Positions 15,199 through 30,537 of a stretch of 64,000 bases of DNA are shown in pieces (the first letter of the stretch is position 1; each line of letters begins with the position of its first letter). This DNA is from Chrysomallon squamiferum (Eukaryota > Animalia > Mollusca), in NCBI GenBank assembly GCA_012295275.1, contig CM022671.1, positions 3,906,001 to 3,970,000 on the forward strand. Direction: 5' to 3'. The translations under genes were made by a program, and so were the position numbers. The notes under the pieces are model-generated. The model had not been told where the DNA came from, made no database searches, and saw only the letters and a list, made by a program, of their open reading frames with translations.

Positions 15199-15653
15199 AA
15201 TTGTTTTTACTATTGTTGATGATGTTGTTGTTTATTTAATTATTATTTTTATATTTTATTGATATTGTAGTTATTTATTTAATTAATTGTTTAATTAATT
15301 ATTTATTTATGTGTTTATTTACTTAACTATTATTACTACTACTACTAATAGTACTGTTATTTGTTTATTTATTTATTTGTGTATTTTATTTGTTTTTGTT
15401 GTTTTCTTGTTGTTGTTTTTTTGTTTATTTACTTCCATATATAACACTACTTATGCCACTACCACTACTATTACTACTGTTATTACAACTTTTACTACTA
15501 TTGTTACTACTGTTTCAACTAAATTTATTTAATTATTTATTTGTTTGTTTGCTTCTTTTTTTTTTTTTTTTTTTCTTATTATTATTTTTAATATGATTAA
15601 TTAATACATATGAAATATATGTGAGCTTCTGTCTCTCTTGTATCGATTACAAA

Positions 15654-15704
<51 letters not shown>

Positions 15705-15814
15705 GTTGTTGTTGTTGTTGTTGTAGTTATTACTGGTGATGATGTTGATAATTTTGTATTTATTTATTTCATTTTATTACGTAAGTTATGAATATAATTA
15801 ATAATCTAACAAAA

Positions 15815-15865
<51 letters not shown>

Positions 15866-16975
15866 ACAACAAAACAACTAACAAACTAAATAAATAAATA
15901 AATAATCTAACTAACTAACTAATAAATAAATAAATAAATAAACACATACATAAATAACAGAAAGTATTGCACCAGAGTTTTGTACCAGATACTACACTTG
16001 TAATTATATTTCAACGTCAACTGTCAATATATCAGAAATAGGCAATTCACGGTTACTGATTATGAAAGAGTAAAAATTCGCCAGTCATGGAGGCTGATTT
16101 TTACCTTTCTCAGATCCCTCAAATTGCTTGTCAAAAAGCAATTAATCACATGAAATACCTCGTTTATATTTCCAATGAAGCGCTCAAAATTATATTCTTT
16201 ATTTAAACGACATCGGATTGACATTTAATTTCGAAATAACGGCGTCTTCGTCAATTTCCGCTTAAATGGGTTTCCGTAATAATTCGCCTTTTTGCTTTTA
16301 AAGTTTTAGCCTGTCAAACGAAATAACGGAAATATGTTCAGTCAAAGCAGAGACGCGTGGATCTGACAAGTGTGAGAGATAGCTGGATATCAAGTCGTTA
16401 AAAAAAAATAAAAATAAAAAGGGGATTTTTTGGTATATTCAATTCCTTGTGTTTATAGTGAGCCCCGGTTTAAACGACAGTAATTGGAACTGGAGGGATG
16501 TGTGTCAGAAATGTTAGAGTATCAGTAAAAAATGAAGTAGATTAACAGAATTTATATATATATAAATAATGATGATAATTATGAGATGACGACTACGATG
16601 ATGATGATGATGATGATGATATCAAAATTACAACAACCACCACCGTCTACAACTACAACAACGAAAACAGTACTTGTAGTAATAGTAATAACAACAACAC
16701 CTCCAATAAGAATAATAAAAACAGCATTATTTATGATGATGATGAGGAGGATGATGATGATGATGATGATGATGATAATAATAATAATAAAAAATAATAA
16801 TAATAATAATAAGAAGAAGAAGAAGAAGAAGAAGAAGTAGCTATAGATAATTAATATTTTTTCTTTAGCATTTTATTTTATTTCATTTAATAAACCAGTG
16901 TTATATATTCCACTCAAATTAATTTTTTGTTATTCAATCGTAAAAAATATTAAAATAATAAAAAAATAAAATTAA

Positions 16976-17020
<45 letters not shown>

Positions 17021-17216
17021 TAAAAATAATAAATAAATTAATAATACATGTACTTTTAAAATACTACTTCATAAAATAGACCTCCAGCATGTTTTCGAAT
17101 AAATAATGTTAATAGAAATAATGACTATTTAGAATAGATATTTTCCAAAATAAATAAGTAAATAAATAAATAAATAAATAAACAAACAAATAAACAAATA
17201 ATAATAATAATAATAA

Positions 17217-17247
<31 letters not shown>

Positions 17248-17845
17248 AAGAAGAAGAAGAAGAAGAAGAAGATGATGATGATGATGATGATGAACTTCCT
17301 AAATAAATGCAAATAAAATGATAACAATAATAAACAATGAAAATTAACATAAATACACTGTAATAATAACAGCATGGAGAAAACAAATAAACATAGAACT
17401 ATAAAACAAAACAAAAAAAAAAAACAAAAAAAAAAAAATCATTTAAAATAAAATAAAATTAAATAAAATAAAGCAAAATAAAAAAAACAAATATAAAATT
17501 ATGAAAATAAAGAAAAATATAAATAAAACCATGGGACAATGTTATAAATATAAAACTAGGAAAACAAAGGTAAAAATAAAGGTATATTATGAAGACAATA
17601 ATAAAAAAATAACATTCAAGATGACCTTATAGTTTACCTCTTTAGCCAGTTAAAAATAACATTATATTTGAGAACAGTGTTAAACAAAAAGATAAAAAGA
17701 AAGAAAAGATGAGAAAAATATAAGAAAGGGTGAAAAATAATAAATTAAAGAACAAAGGTAAAGGTTAAAACTCTAAACCAAAGATGAAATGTCTGGGGTT
17801 ACTTCTGTAAATTTACATTATAGAAGAGAAATTTATTTTAGCATC

Positions 17846-17912
<67 letters not shown>

Positions 17913-18703
17913 TAATAAATAAAAATATCGAACAATTTAATGTAATATGTAATCAGCAAACATTTCTAAACATGAAATTACTTAAGAATTAAGCCTGAAA
18001 TTTGAAACGGCAATAAACGAATCGACCCCCCCCAAAAAAAAAAAATATAACAAGAAACTAAGAACAATTTCTTTATTTTTCAATTTTTAATTTTTTTTTT
18101 TTTTTTTTTTAATAAATCGAATAGCACGTACGTTTATTTTTCACGCTTATCGTCGTTATGATCACAGCTTTATTTATTGTCAATATTCATGGGCCTCGCT
18201 AATTGACTGAGTAAACGGAACTAAAAACACGTCTGCAATTTCTGCAGCCAGTCGTCCTTAAGGTCATGAGACAAATCTTTTGGCTCTTAAGTGTATCACG
18301 TCCCAACAAAACGTGCCGCGAAAATGCATGCGCCTCCCGATGCGCTCTGAACAAATATGATCGCCATTCGGACAACGTTTATTGACAGTATCATTGTCGA
18401 CGGCAACAAACCTTGCGCACGTCGCCGTCGACGTTGCGCACGTGCCGTAGTGACGACGTCATTGTAGTGGAATTTCATCAAGGGTTATCTACTGCCGTTG
18501 CCAACTGCACAACTCGTTTGGCGAGCGTGTTTCGGGTACAGCGTTATTGTGTCGCGTGGAAAAATGTCACCTGACTTCGAGTGGATGCGTGACGTAGCTC
18601 TCGGCCGGAAACAGTCGGCGAATAAATCAAAAGCTCATTTGCATATTCACGAGCTCACGTCTATTTTTATTTTATTTAATTTTTTTAATTTTCTTTTTAG
18701 GTT

Positions 18704-18741
<38 letters not shown>

Positions 18742-18760
18742 CAAACACACACATGAATAC

Positions 18761-18791
<31 letters not shown>

Positions 18792-19259
18792 TTTTATTAT
18801 TATTATTATTATTATTATTTTTTACTTTTTTTCTTAAGCATATTTTAATATATTGACAATAATTTTACATTTTACCGAAATGTTTACGTTATTTGTTTTT
18901 ATAAATCACATATTAAATATCTACAAAAATATTCAATAAATTACTTTAATTTACTTTGTTTTTATTTATTTATTTATTTATCAGTTTAAAAAAAAAACCC
19001 AAAACAAACAATTAATATAACTTTACTTCCATTATTTGTTAGCTAAACAGAATATACAAACTGCAATGAACCTGTGTTTATATATGTAACATACTTCACA
19101 TATTTAATTACTTCATACGCCTATTCTTGCATTTGATAATTAAAATCAAGGTGTTAAATTTATTTATTTATTTATTTATTTAACTGTTTAAGTACTTATT
19201 TACTTATTATATAATTTTTAATGCAATGTCGAATGTGAATTACAGTTTTCTATTTTCGT

Positions 19260-19309
<50 letters not shown>

Positions 19310-19899
19310 TTATCATCATCATTATTACTGTAATTGTTGTTGTTGTTGTAACTCACCCGACTTTTTTCGCAGAATAAAAAATGAAATAAAATAAATACTA
19401 CTACAAATACCATTACAGCAATACTTACTACTACAAACACTACTATTACAACTCTTAATTACAATCACAACATAACAGCAACATCAACAACAACAACAAC
19501 AACAACAACAATAACAATAAGAAGAAGAACACGAAGAAGAAGAAGAAATTAATTTATAAAATGGCACTAAAAAGAAGAGAAAGAGAGAGAGAGAGAAGAG
19601 AACAAAGAAAAAAATACGTTTTCAGGATTACATTAAAAGTAACAGTAAAAGTTATTTAGTATAGATTCAAACCACAGGATCTTGAAGTAATTCTTTCATT
19701 AATAATTTCATTAAAATAAAAATCAATTAACGACTCTCCTATGACAATACTTAGAGGACTCGCTTCTCATTAACAAAGACGTTTTACATTTTAAAGGCGA
19801 TTGCCAAAATGATGGAAAAAAAAAAAAAAGAAAAAAAAAAAGAAAGAAAGAAAGAAAGAAAGAAAATCTCATCAAAATTTCTGGAATCGAAAATTCCCT

Positions 19900-20250
19900 C
19901 AAACAAGCTTATCTTACTTTGCGCAGATGGGAATCATAGTTATCATTTGTGCAAATGATACTCATAAGGAAATTAGATTTCGTTTTAAATATGTTCTTTT
20001 ACGACTTCGTAAATCGTAAATCGATGTCTTTGCATTGCGAGAACGAGGCGAGCGCGAGACAGCGCGAGCCAGCGCGAGGGAGCTGACGGACAAGCAGAGG
20101 GAAAAGCAGATAAGATTCTAATAACGACGATGAAACCCAGACAAGTGCAAGAGATTATCTTCCCGCGTGGTTTGACGAGATAACGCGAGATCGATAAGTT
20201 CACGGAAGGACAACTCTAACTGATTGATTAATTTCTTCAACTCGATGCAT
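19900..20250. promoter_or_regulatory. Candidate enhancer, homotypic GATA cluster
   Basis: CTTATCT (~19908), TTATCA (~19940), AGATAAG (~20108), TTATCT (~20155), AGATAA (~20178), CGATAAG (~20191) in CpG-rich sequence. Confidence 0.45.
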
Positions 20251-20341
20251 GTTCTGGTGGTCTAAAGTTAAGAACAGAAAAGAAAAAAAAAAAAAAAAAG
20301 GTTTTTCTATCCGTTGTATGGTGATAATGACGACGACGATG

Positions 20342-20394
<53 letters not shown>

Positions 20395-20397
20395 AAC

Positions 20398-20431
<34 letters not shown>

Positions 20432-21352
20432 ATAACGAAATTATTGTCAGTAACTGAAATAATATTTGTATTTGCAGTAACTGTAGTTGTAGTAGTGGTT
20501 GCCGTAGTCTTTATACTGATATATTTTAAAACCACACGCACAGACACAAATATACACATTACCTACAAAAATGCTGTATTTTACTTTCTTTGTCTTCATA
20601 TGTAATACTAGTAATGCCAGCAATATTATCAGCTAATAGACGTAGTCGTAGTAATACAATCAATAATAGTTATATGAAACAGTATAATAGTAGTAGCAGT
20701 AGTAGTAATTGTAACAGTAGCAGTAGTTGTTGCAGTATCAGCAGAAAAGGATGTAGTTGTAACAGTAGTAGTCCACACATTTAAATTATTTGTAATTGGA
20801 TATGTTTGTATATCTGTATGTATACAGCTGATGCTATATATGTACAAGTAAATCTAACAAACACATATATATACAGATATCTGCAAACACCTATATTGTG
20901 TATGTGTGATAGAATTTGTTTGTTTACATTTTCATTATTTTCCTTAAGAAAAAGAAAATTAGTGAAATATATAAGAATAGCTAATTAACTAACTAACTAA
21001 AGAAATAAAGAAATACTACTACTAAGAAAAATAAAAAGAAGAAGAAGAAAGAAAGAAAGAAAGACAAAATAAAATAAATAAATATCTCAAATGGCTGCAT
21101 AATAATAGCATATGTTAATCTGTTCTAACAATATATATTCATATTTTTTCTTCTTTCAAACTGAGGCCCGAATCAATATTTATATAATAATAAAAAAATA
21201 AATAAAGAAAATAAATCAAAAGTTCTTATAAATGTCACAAAAAAATAAATGTAATATAAAATGTCATATCACTAAAAAAAAAACCACCAAAACACTAACA
21301 AACAAGAAATACAGCATCAACAACATCAGTAACAACAACAAAAAACAACGAC

Positions 21353-21439
<87 letters not shown>

Positions 21440-21868
21440 AAATAAATAAATAAATAAATAAATAAAATAGATATAAAAATAAAAAAATCTCACACACCTT
21501 TTAAATTAGGTTTCTGTGTTGTTGTTTTTTTTTTGAAAATAATGAGAAGTTAGTGAAGCAAGCTGTTACGGTGTATTTGTTCTGTGTGGGCTCATGTTAG
21601 AAAGTCCATTTAATGTGATCCAATTACAAGTAACAGCATCTCTACAACAACATCTCTCATTTCTGTACGTTCTGTGTCCATTAAAATCAGGCGCCGAACA
21701 TTTTCAATTTAAATGTAATCTGCTTGTTGCTTTTTCTCTGTCTTTGTTTATATTATTTTTTTTATCTCTGTCACTCACTCTTTCTTTCTTCTCTCTCTCT
21801 TTTTCTCTCTGTTTCTGTTTTTTTCCTTTTGTGTATCTCTTCTTCTCATTATTACTACTACTTACTTG

Positions 21869-22085
<217 letters not shown>

Positions 22086-22279
22086 TAATGACATCAGTAC
22101 TACTACTGGTGATGATGTTGCTACTATTTTTACTACTACTAAAGTTTTACTACATTACTATTATTAACTATTACTACTACTACTACTGCCAACAAATGAC
22201 AACAACAACAATGATGTTGCAGATTTTGACGAAAGTCAATATTACTACTACTGCCAACAACAACAACAACAACAGTAAC

Positions 22280-22333
<54 letters not shown>

Positions 22334-23225
22334 GACAACAAACAAGAGAGAAAAAAAAAATACATATATTAACAACAAACCCACACAAAAAAAAAAAAAA
22401 AAAAAAAAGAAAAAATTGAAATAATTATATAATATTAAAATTAAAAAAAATTTTAAAAAATTAAAATTAAAATTGAAACTAAAAATCACTTTTCGAGCAA
22501 TTTAACGCTTTTGCCTCCTTTTAGAAGAAGACACGCGCTGGATTTTTTTTAAAAATAGCACAAAAATTAAAATTAAATTAAAACTGTCATCTGTTGCCAA
22601 AAAATGCTTTTCTCTGGGTTTTTTTTATACACTCCACTTAGAAAGGTTTTTAAAAAACAAAAAAGGTTATTGATAACACCTAAAACGTCACGCTCAAGCA
22701 AATACTGCCGCCTGACAGTCGCAATGCTGGCGTAGCTAAACTAACAAACGCGATGTCACGCCATCTTTGTTTTTTTACTTTTTTTTTCAGCTGGATCCCG
22801 TGACCTCGGCGCGTGCCCTTCAGACGACAGTTCATTTTGGCGCGACGCAACAGGTGTCGCCCGTGTGACAGATTGTCGTGGTGGATGATGTTGACGCTGC
22901 AGTTGGTATTTATTTATCTAATGAAGCCATTTCTGACTGGGTTGATGAATTGTGTCACCTACCTTTGACTGCGCGTTTCGCTTTTCTGTGAGAAACAAAC
23001 AGTACTGCCATGAATTTGTTGGCGTAAATATGACGCAATACACGCTTTATTCTCACCCCCCCCCGTATTATTTATTTATTTATTTATTATTATTATTATT
23101 ATTATCTAACGTTTTTGTATTTTTGTTTTTTCACTTTTTCGTCTTCGGCTTCTACATCCATTCTTATGATTAATATTTTTGAATTTTATTTAATTTCTCC
23201 AAATAAGTTTAAAAATATATATATT

Positions 23226-23308
<83 letters not shown>

Positions 23309-23737
23309 ATATATATAAACGTGATACAGTGAGGTCGAATATTTGAAAAAAATATCTTATTTTGTCAAATGATGACGATGATGTTGATAATGCACTTCTA
23401 CTACTACTAATGATAATTATAATGACGATGATGATGATAATGGCTGTGTTAGAAACAATTACAATTCTTTATAATATTAAAAGGACTTAAGAAGTATAAA
23501 ACAAACAGTTCAATAATAATGTCAGTTGATTAATTCAAACACAGAAAACACATAGAATGTACCTACAGATATACACACATACACCCATATACACACACAC
23601 ACACTCATACATACAAACAAAGACACACATCCATCCATACATGCATATTACAGTTATATATACAAATGTACATACATTCTAACACAGACATATACACATT
23701 CACACATACATGTTATTTACATATATACATACATCCT

Positions 23738-23769
<32 letters not shown>

Positions 23770-24169
23770 CGCACACACGCACATACACACTTACTGCCCT
23801 ACCCCCTACTGCTACTAGTACTACTACTGTAGTTGCTACAAGATACCATCATCACACGTTCAAAAATTTGTGTTTTTTTTTACGAGCTGAATTTCTTTTA
23901 AAATAAAAATGTACTTACACATTTGTCCGGCCAGGCTACGAGTTAAAAGACAAAACGGTAAATCCACGGTAAGTAACAGTAAATCATCTCAAAACGGTTA
24001 AAAAACTGTTCTAACTAAAAAGTAGCCATGTCGGTCGACAGTGACTGACTAACTTGGAATCTAAACGAGTTTAGCTTTTAAAGCATTATGGAGAAGAGAT
24101 CTTTGCTTTAGTTTACAAAATTCAATTTCGAACTTGGTCATCAGTTTATTCATTACGGGAATTTATTGC

Positions 24170-24430
24170 AGTCGATGTTTGATAAGCGACTTGGGCTATC
24201 TTAAGTTTCGTACTGATAGAAGAATATCGCAGTAGATAAAAGGCAAAGAGCGCGCGCTGGGCACGCGATAGTCTCGCGCCCGGACCTTCACGAACGGAGA
24301 TAAGACTCGCCTTCGGCAAGATTCGCGTCTTTCATTTTTCTTATCGGTGTCTTCCAGAGAATAGCAATTTTCTTTCTGCTGCCAAAAAGCGTGGAAAAAT
24401 CTTCATCGTGGTCACGTGATTTTTTTTGTT
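24170..24430. promoter_or_regulatory. Candidate enhancer, homotypic GATA cluster
   Basis: TGATAAG, CTATCT, TGATAG, AGATAA, CGATAG, AGATAAG and CTTATC within ~170 bp, plus GTCACGTGAT at ~24411. Confidence 0.45.
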
Positions 24431-24589
24431 GACGTTTTCACTGGGAGTTTGACTTGAAAGGTTCCTCGTGATTTTTTGGATGGCTCTTAAATTGAAAGAG
24501 AATTTGAAAAAAAAAATCAAAAACCAAATCAAATTTCTTCATAAGTGAGAGGGAGAGAGTGTGATTCAACGAGTGGAAGTGAGTGAGAC

Positions 24590-24675
<86 letters not shown>

Positions 24676-24927
24676 AAAATGAATGAATATGTCCTCCAGC
24701 AAAATAAGTTATTTTGTTTGCGTCATAGCTGCTACAGTCAGAGCTGGTAGGAACATAACACATTCTATAACTAATACTATTACTTGTACAATGAAGATAA
24801 CGACGACTACCATTACCATGACAACTACTACTATTACTGCTACTACTACTAATATTAGTATAACTACTCCTGTTATTACTATTACTAGCACTACTTTTTG
24901 ACATTATTATTAGAAATCGAAATAGCA

Positions 24928-24962
<35 letters not shown>

Positions 24963-24974
24963 TTTATTCCTATA

Positions 24975-25027
<53 letters not shown>

Positions 25028-25399
25028 TAAGGCATTATTAACTATAACTGTGCACAAATAAATTGTGCATGCTACAAATTTTATTGACTGCTTCCATACA
25101 AATAAAACCCATAAGACTATTTGTGATTTAAGGATACTTGACTTAAATTACAACTGCTATTTTTCTTTTACTGTTACATCAACGACATCAACTTCCACCT
25201 GTACTGCAACTAAAGCAATTACATCAACTACAGTAAGTATTTGGTAAAAATAAAAAAAAAAGAACAAAAAGAAACTGAATAACAAAATAACAAAGAACGA
25301 GGCAAAGATGCATGAAAATATTTCCTTTTTTAGCGCCAGATTTTTCTCTTTTTTCTGTTCCGTTTCATTTTCTTTTTTTCTATCTCGAGGAAGCACAGT

Positions 25400-25990
25400 T
25401 TAGAATCGAAAGTCCCGGATGAAGAAAAGTGACACGTGAGCCTCTTTCTAGAAAGAAGAAGAGCAATGGCGGATTGCGTTTTAATGGCGAGTCTAAAAGG
25501 CGGACATTATGAATAATATTTACAATTGTTAATCTGCGTAAATCAAACACAGCTTTATTTCTGAGTCAGTCCGCTCAAACATTTGAAAACAGCGACAAAA
25601 GACTTCCACAGATGCTTTCCTTAAGGGTATCCATGCTGCCGGAAATGACGTATGATGTTTCGCTTTGGAGTATTTGAACGCCGATAAAGCAGCGATGGTT
25701 GGAGGGCAAAGGGCATGATCTTTCCCGGCCATGTTAATAAGATTTCCGCCATGTTTTTGTTTCCAACTTTACAAAACTCCGGCGCGAAACCGATAAGGGA
25801 CGGCAGACGTCTCGGGTCGCGATCTATTGATTCTAGTCACGTGCAAACGGTGAGCGTGTTTGGCCGGAAATGCGCCTCGGCACGTGAGTGTTTGTTAGGA
25901 CGGAGCGTATACAAAAGTGAGATCGTTGAAAACAAACGAAACGCACTGTGCAAGATGCGAAACTTCGGGGTGAAGAGCCTGGAGGGTTTA
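25400..25990. promoter_or_regulatory. Candidate enhancer with GATA + ETS + E-box motifs
   Basis: CCGGAAAT x2 (~25639, ~25864), CACGTG x3, GATAAA/GATAAG, TGACGTA, ATGGCG/CGCCAT x3. Confidence 0.4.
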
Positions 25991-26112
25991 TTTGTGTATT
26001 ATTTAATTTAGAAATCGTGTGTTATATACCGCAGTGAAACAGTCAATAATCAAAAATATTCAAAATCTCCCACTGAAAAGAAAATACAGATAACAACACC
26101 TTCACTTTTCTG

Positions 26113-26145
<33 letters not shown>

Positions 26146-27120
26146 GTTTGCTACTACTATTTTATTACTACCTTAGCCAGCCTGTTATTTCTGGTGTTAA
26201 TATTACTGCTGCTACAACATCTACTACTACTACTACTACTATTAGTGGTACTATAACTTCAATTATTTATACTAGCGCGACGACTACTGCTACTACCACA
26301 GCAACCACTCTACTAATACTACAACGAATATTACTGTTGCTACAGACATCACTGCTTCTAATGATGAAAAACAGAAAAAAAGAAAGAAAAAAATCTTAAA
26401 GAAACTTAATAAACCTTACAAAAATAAAAAAATATAAATAAAAACTGCCAAAACAGGCCTGTAAATTTACATTTATATGATATTTCCCCCCTCAATCGTA
26501 GTTTCACTTTCATTTTATTTATTGCCAAAACCGATCAGAAAAGAACACCCATAACTGTCAGTGACGAAGACTGGGAAAAACTGAAAAATTGTATATATTG
26601 AACCAAGCTAATTTCTGCTCCAGATAAACCCATTTGAAAGCCATTACAAGATCCACGGTACAGAACATCACACACACGTGATAAATCTCGAGGTCACGAC
26701 CCCAAGACAGTCATCGTGCAAATGAAGCGGAATGGCACGAGCAATCAGTCACGTGACTTAGTCCGGCTCATACAGCTCGACTGTCTTTTTTTTTTTTTTT
26801 AATTTCTTTTCCTTCTAGCCCCCCTCTCCCTCCCTCCCTCCTTAGTTCTTGCTGCTACAGCCGTAATATTCCGTAAATGGAATCACATCAAGTTTCCTTA
26901 GATAGTAGCCATAGCAACGGGTGAGTTCTTCGAGATTAATACCGTCCTTAGAAGGCAGGGTTAATTCTGAGAAAATGGCATTACAACCGCGAGGTCATTC
27001 CGTGTCCCGGCCGCGCGATCAGGGAGATTTATGTGTTCTCACTTCATTTTGGCGTTTTCAGACCGTTATCTACAGCACGGCGCTTGCGAGTCATTTGCAC
27101 AAAAACAAATGGGGGACGTC

Positions 27121-27198
<78 letters not shown>

Positions 27199-27919
27199 TA
27201 ATAATTTTTTTTTTTTTTTTGAAGACTTATTTCAACAACGACGACGACGACGACAAAAGACGACGTACACGCGGCGTCAAAAAAAAAAAAAAACGACAGC
27301 CCTCGGATGCCGTCACAAAAGCGCGCGCGCATCATCGCTCGTGGCTTGTTTTTCACGTGCACCGGAAGTCTCGTCGTTTTGTTAAATTGTCGCGAGAGGT
27401 TCCGGGGATTTGGCGAGTTCGGGTTAAAAATGATATCCTGACCCACAGACAGACAGACAGAACGGTGGGGTGGGGGGTGCGTCCGTAACGGATATTAATA
27501 AAGTGAACACAGCTTAAATAAATTCATGTGATAGAAAAAATAATAATAATAATAAAATAAAATAAAGAATTTCTTCATTAAGCTGAAATATTGCAACTGA
27601 CAACAATTGTTTTGAACTTTTAGGAAATGAAATTAAAATATTGTATATGAACATACGATGTATAATTATGTATGTTGATTATTATTATTATTATTTTTAT
27701 TTTTATTATTATTATTAGTGTTAATGTTATTGTTTTATTGTTGTTGTTGTTGTTGTTGTTGCGTTATCGTTATTCCTGTTGCAGTTTATGTTATTGGCTA
27801 CTATTATTACTTCTACAGTTTTTTTATATTTTCATTCTTGTTATCATTATGATCATTACTGTTATCATCATCAACTTCATCATCATTACTAAATTATTAT
27901 TATTGTTCTTGTTATTATT

Positions 27920-27982
<63 letters not shown>

Positions 27983-28604
27983 TGTTCCTATTGTTGTTGT
28001 GTATAAATATTTATTTTATTATTTTGTTTTTATGTCATTTCCTTATTTTTGTACTTACCTAACCTCCTTACCCAGTGTTTTATGTTCCAGATTTTCTCTT
28101 TCCTTTTTTCATTTCATTTCATTTTTATTTTATTTTATTTTATTTTATTTTATTTTATTTTATTAATTTTTTTTTTAATATTCTATTCAGTTTTACCGTT
28201 AAGAAAATATAGCAGTTTCTCAGCTGTTTTAACAGTAATCTACTTTATAGTATGTACATTGTTATTATTGTTATTGTTATTATTATTGTTATTATTGTTA
28301 TTTATGTTGTTATTATTATCATTGCTATTATTGTTGTTGTTGTTGTTGTAATTTTTTATAGTTATTATTTCAATAACTATTATTATTATTATTGTTATTG
28401 TTGTTGTTATTGTTGTTATTATTATTATAAATAAATAAATATATAAATTAGATAACTCACAAATAATTGATTTCATTGTAATTTTTGGTTTTCTTTGATG
28501 ATAATAAATAAATAAATAAATAAATAGTAACAATAACAATATTCATATGTAGTAGGAACAGTAGTAGTAATTTATATATTACATTGCATTACACTACATT
28601 ACAT

Positions 28605-28687
<83 letters not shown>

Positions 28688-29305
28688 AAGAAGAAGAAGA
28701 AGAAGAAAACATCAAAACTTGTAAATATTACGAAGAATTCGGATTTGAAATAAGATTTATTTAATTTTTTTCTTAATTTTTTTTTTTTTTTTTTCTTCAG
28801 CTAACGGTTAATATCGTGAAACTGACAATCAACGCACGCGCATGTCGATTCCGCCGAACGCTTCTTGCCTTTTCATGCAATTGTTTTGTGCGTCATTAAG
28901 CATGAGAACATGCGCAGAGAATCGGCGAATTAAAACAGGCTTGCAAATGTCACTGGCAAAGATGCATATCAAAAATTGGAATGCGTTTGATCGATCATTT
29001 AATTAGATTTTGCCGATCGCTACTTTTGGCTAGCGTGTTCACGTTAAACCCGTTATTCCATCGCTCGTTACATATTAGCGAGGTAGAAAGCACGCGCTTC
29101 GCTACCCCTTGTGTCATTCGGAGATAAGGTAAGTTGCTTTTCATTGCTTCAACTATTACTAATGATGTTAGGTAGAGGGGAAAAAAAAAAAAAAAAAAGA
29201 GAGAGATTTCTGGTTGCTGTCAAAGTTATCGAAAGTCCAATGTAAATAAAATTAAGCTATAATATTTGAAAAAGATTTTTTTTTTTTTTTTTTTTATTAT
29301 TTTGT

Positions 29306-29348
<43 letters not shown>

Positions 29349-29548
29349 TTTGGTATATTATTTATTGTTTGTTTATTTGAATTATATGTATCCGTTTTTC
29401 TGTATTTTCCAAAATTATATATATATATTTTTTTTTTTTTTATTTAACTTCATCATTATAAATTAATTAAATAACTAACTTTACAATCAAACAAACCAAT
29501 AAAGAAAGAAAGAAAGAAAGAATGAAAGAAAAAAAAATAAATAAATAA

Positions 29549-29604
<56 letters not shown>

Positions 29605-30344
29605 ACAAACAAACAAATGAACAAACAAAAATCTGTTATTCAGAATTATAAATAAATAATTATTACAAACACATTTTTATGTTCTAGTTTCCCCACATTC
29701 AAAATATTTCCAAATTCCTTCACACTGTCATTGGTTAATGTTAATTTAATTGTCACGAACTGAAAAGAAAAAAAAAAAAAAAAGTCTTTACCGTAATTCT
29801 CCGTAATTTACCGTGATTCTTCGTAATTTACCGTGATTAACTTTGTGACGTTATCATCAACATGGCGACAGAGAAAGCGCAAATTACTTTCATTAAGCGT
29901 TGACGAAACGAGCCGAGTGCGCGCAGAAGCGATAATGGCGGTCCTTTGATGTGTACCTGTTAATCACACTAATTAAGATGTACAATAAGATGACCACACG
30001 GCACGGACAATGGTCAACACTTCATCAACAGTGGGTGGTGGTCAGTTGTTAACAAGAAAGGTAGCGGCGGTTCTAAGAAGAATTCCCGAGGGTGGGGCGG
30101 GGAAGAAATCGGCGCAAGGTTGATATTTCATAGGTGTCAATTGCGCGAGAGAAACTGATTAGAAACTGACAAGTAAGAGACAAGGTAGATAAATTATAGA
30201 ACTGTTATTGTTTCTCTGCGCTTTAGTCAGTTGATTGTGTGAAAGATACAAGATTAAAGTTAAAACTGATTATTCTTCTTTTCTCGATTAACTCAATTTT
30301 TAGTTTATTCCTTTTTGTTTTTGTTTTTTTTTTTTTGTTATTGA

Positions 30345-30422
<78 letters not shown>

Positions 30423-30493
30423 AAGAAGCATTTAATAAGTAACAGTAGTAATGAAAACATTGGCAATAATAAAAAATGACAACAAAACCATCA

Positions 30494-30537
<44 letters not shown>

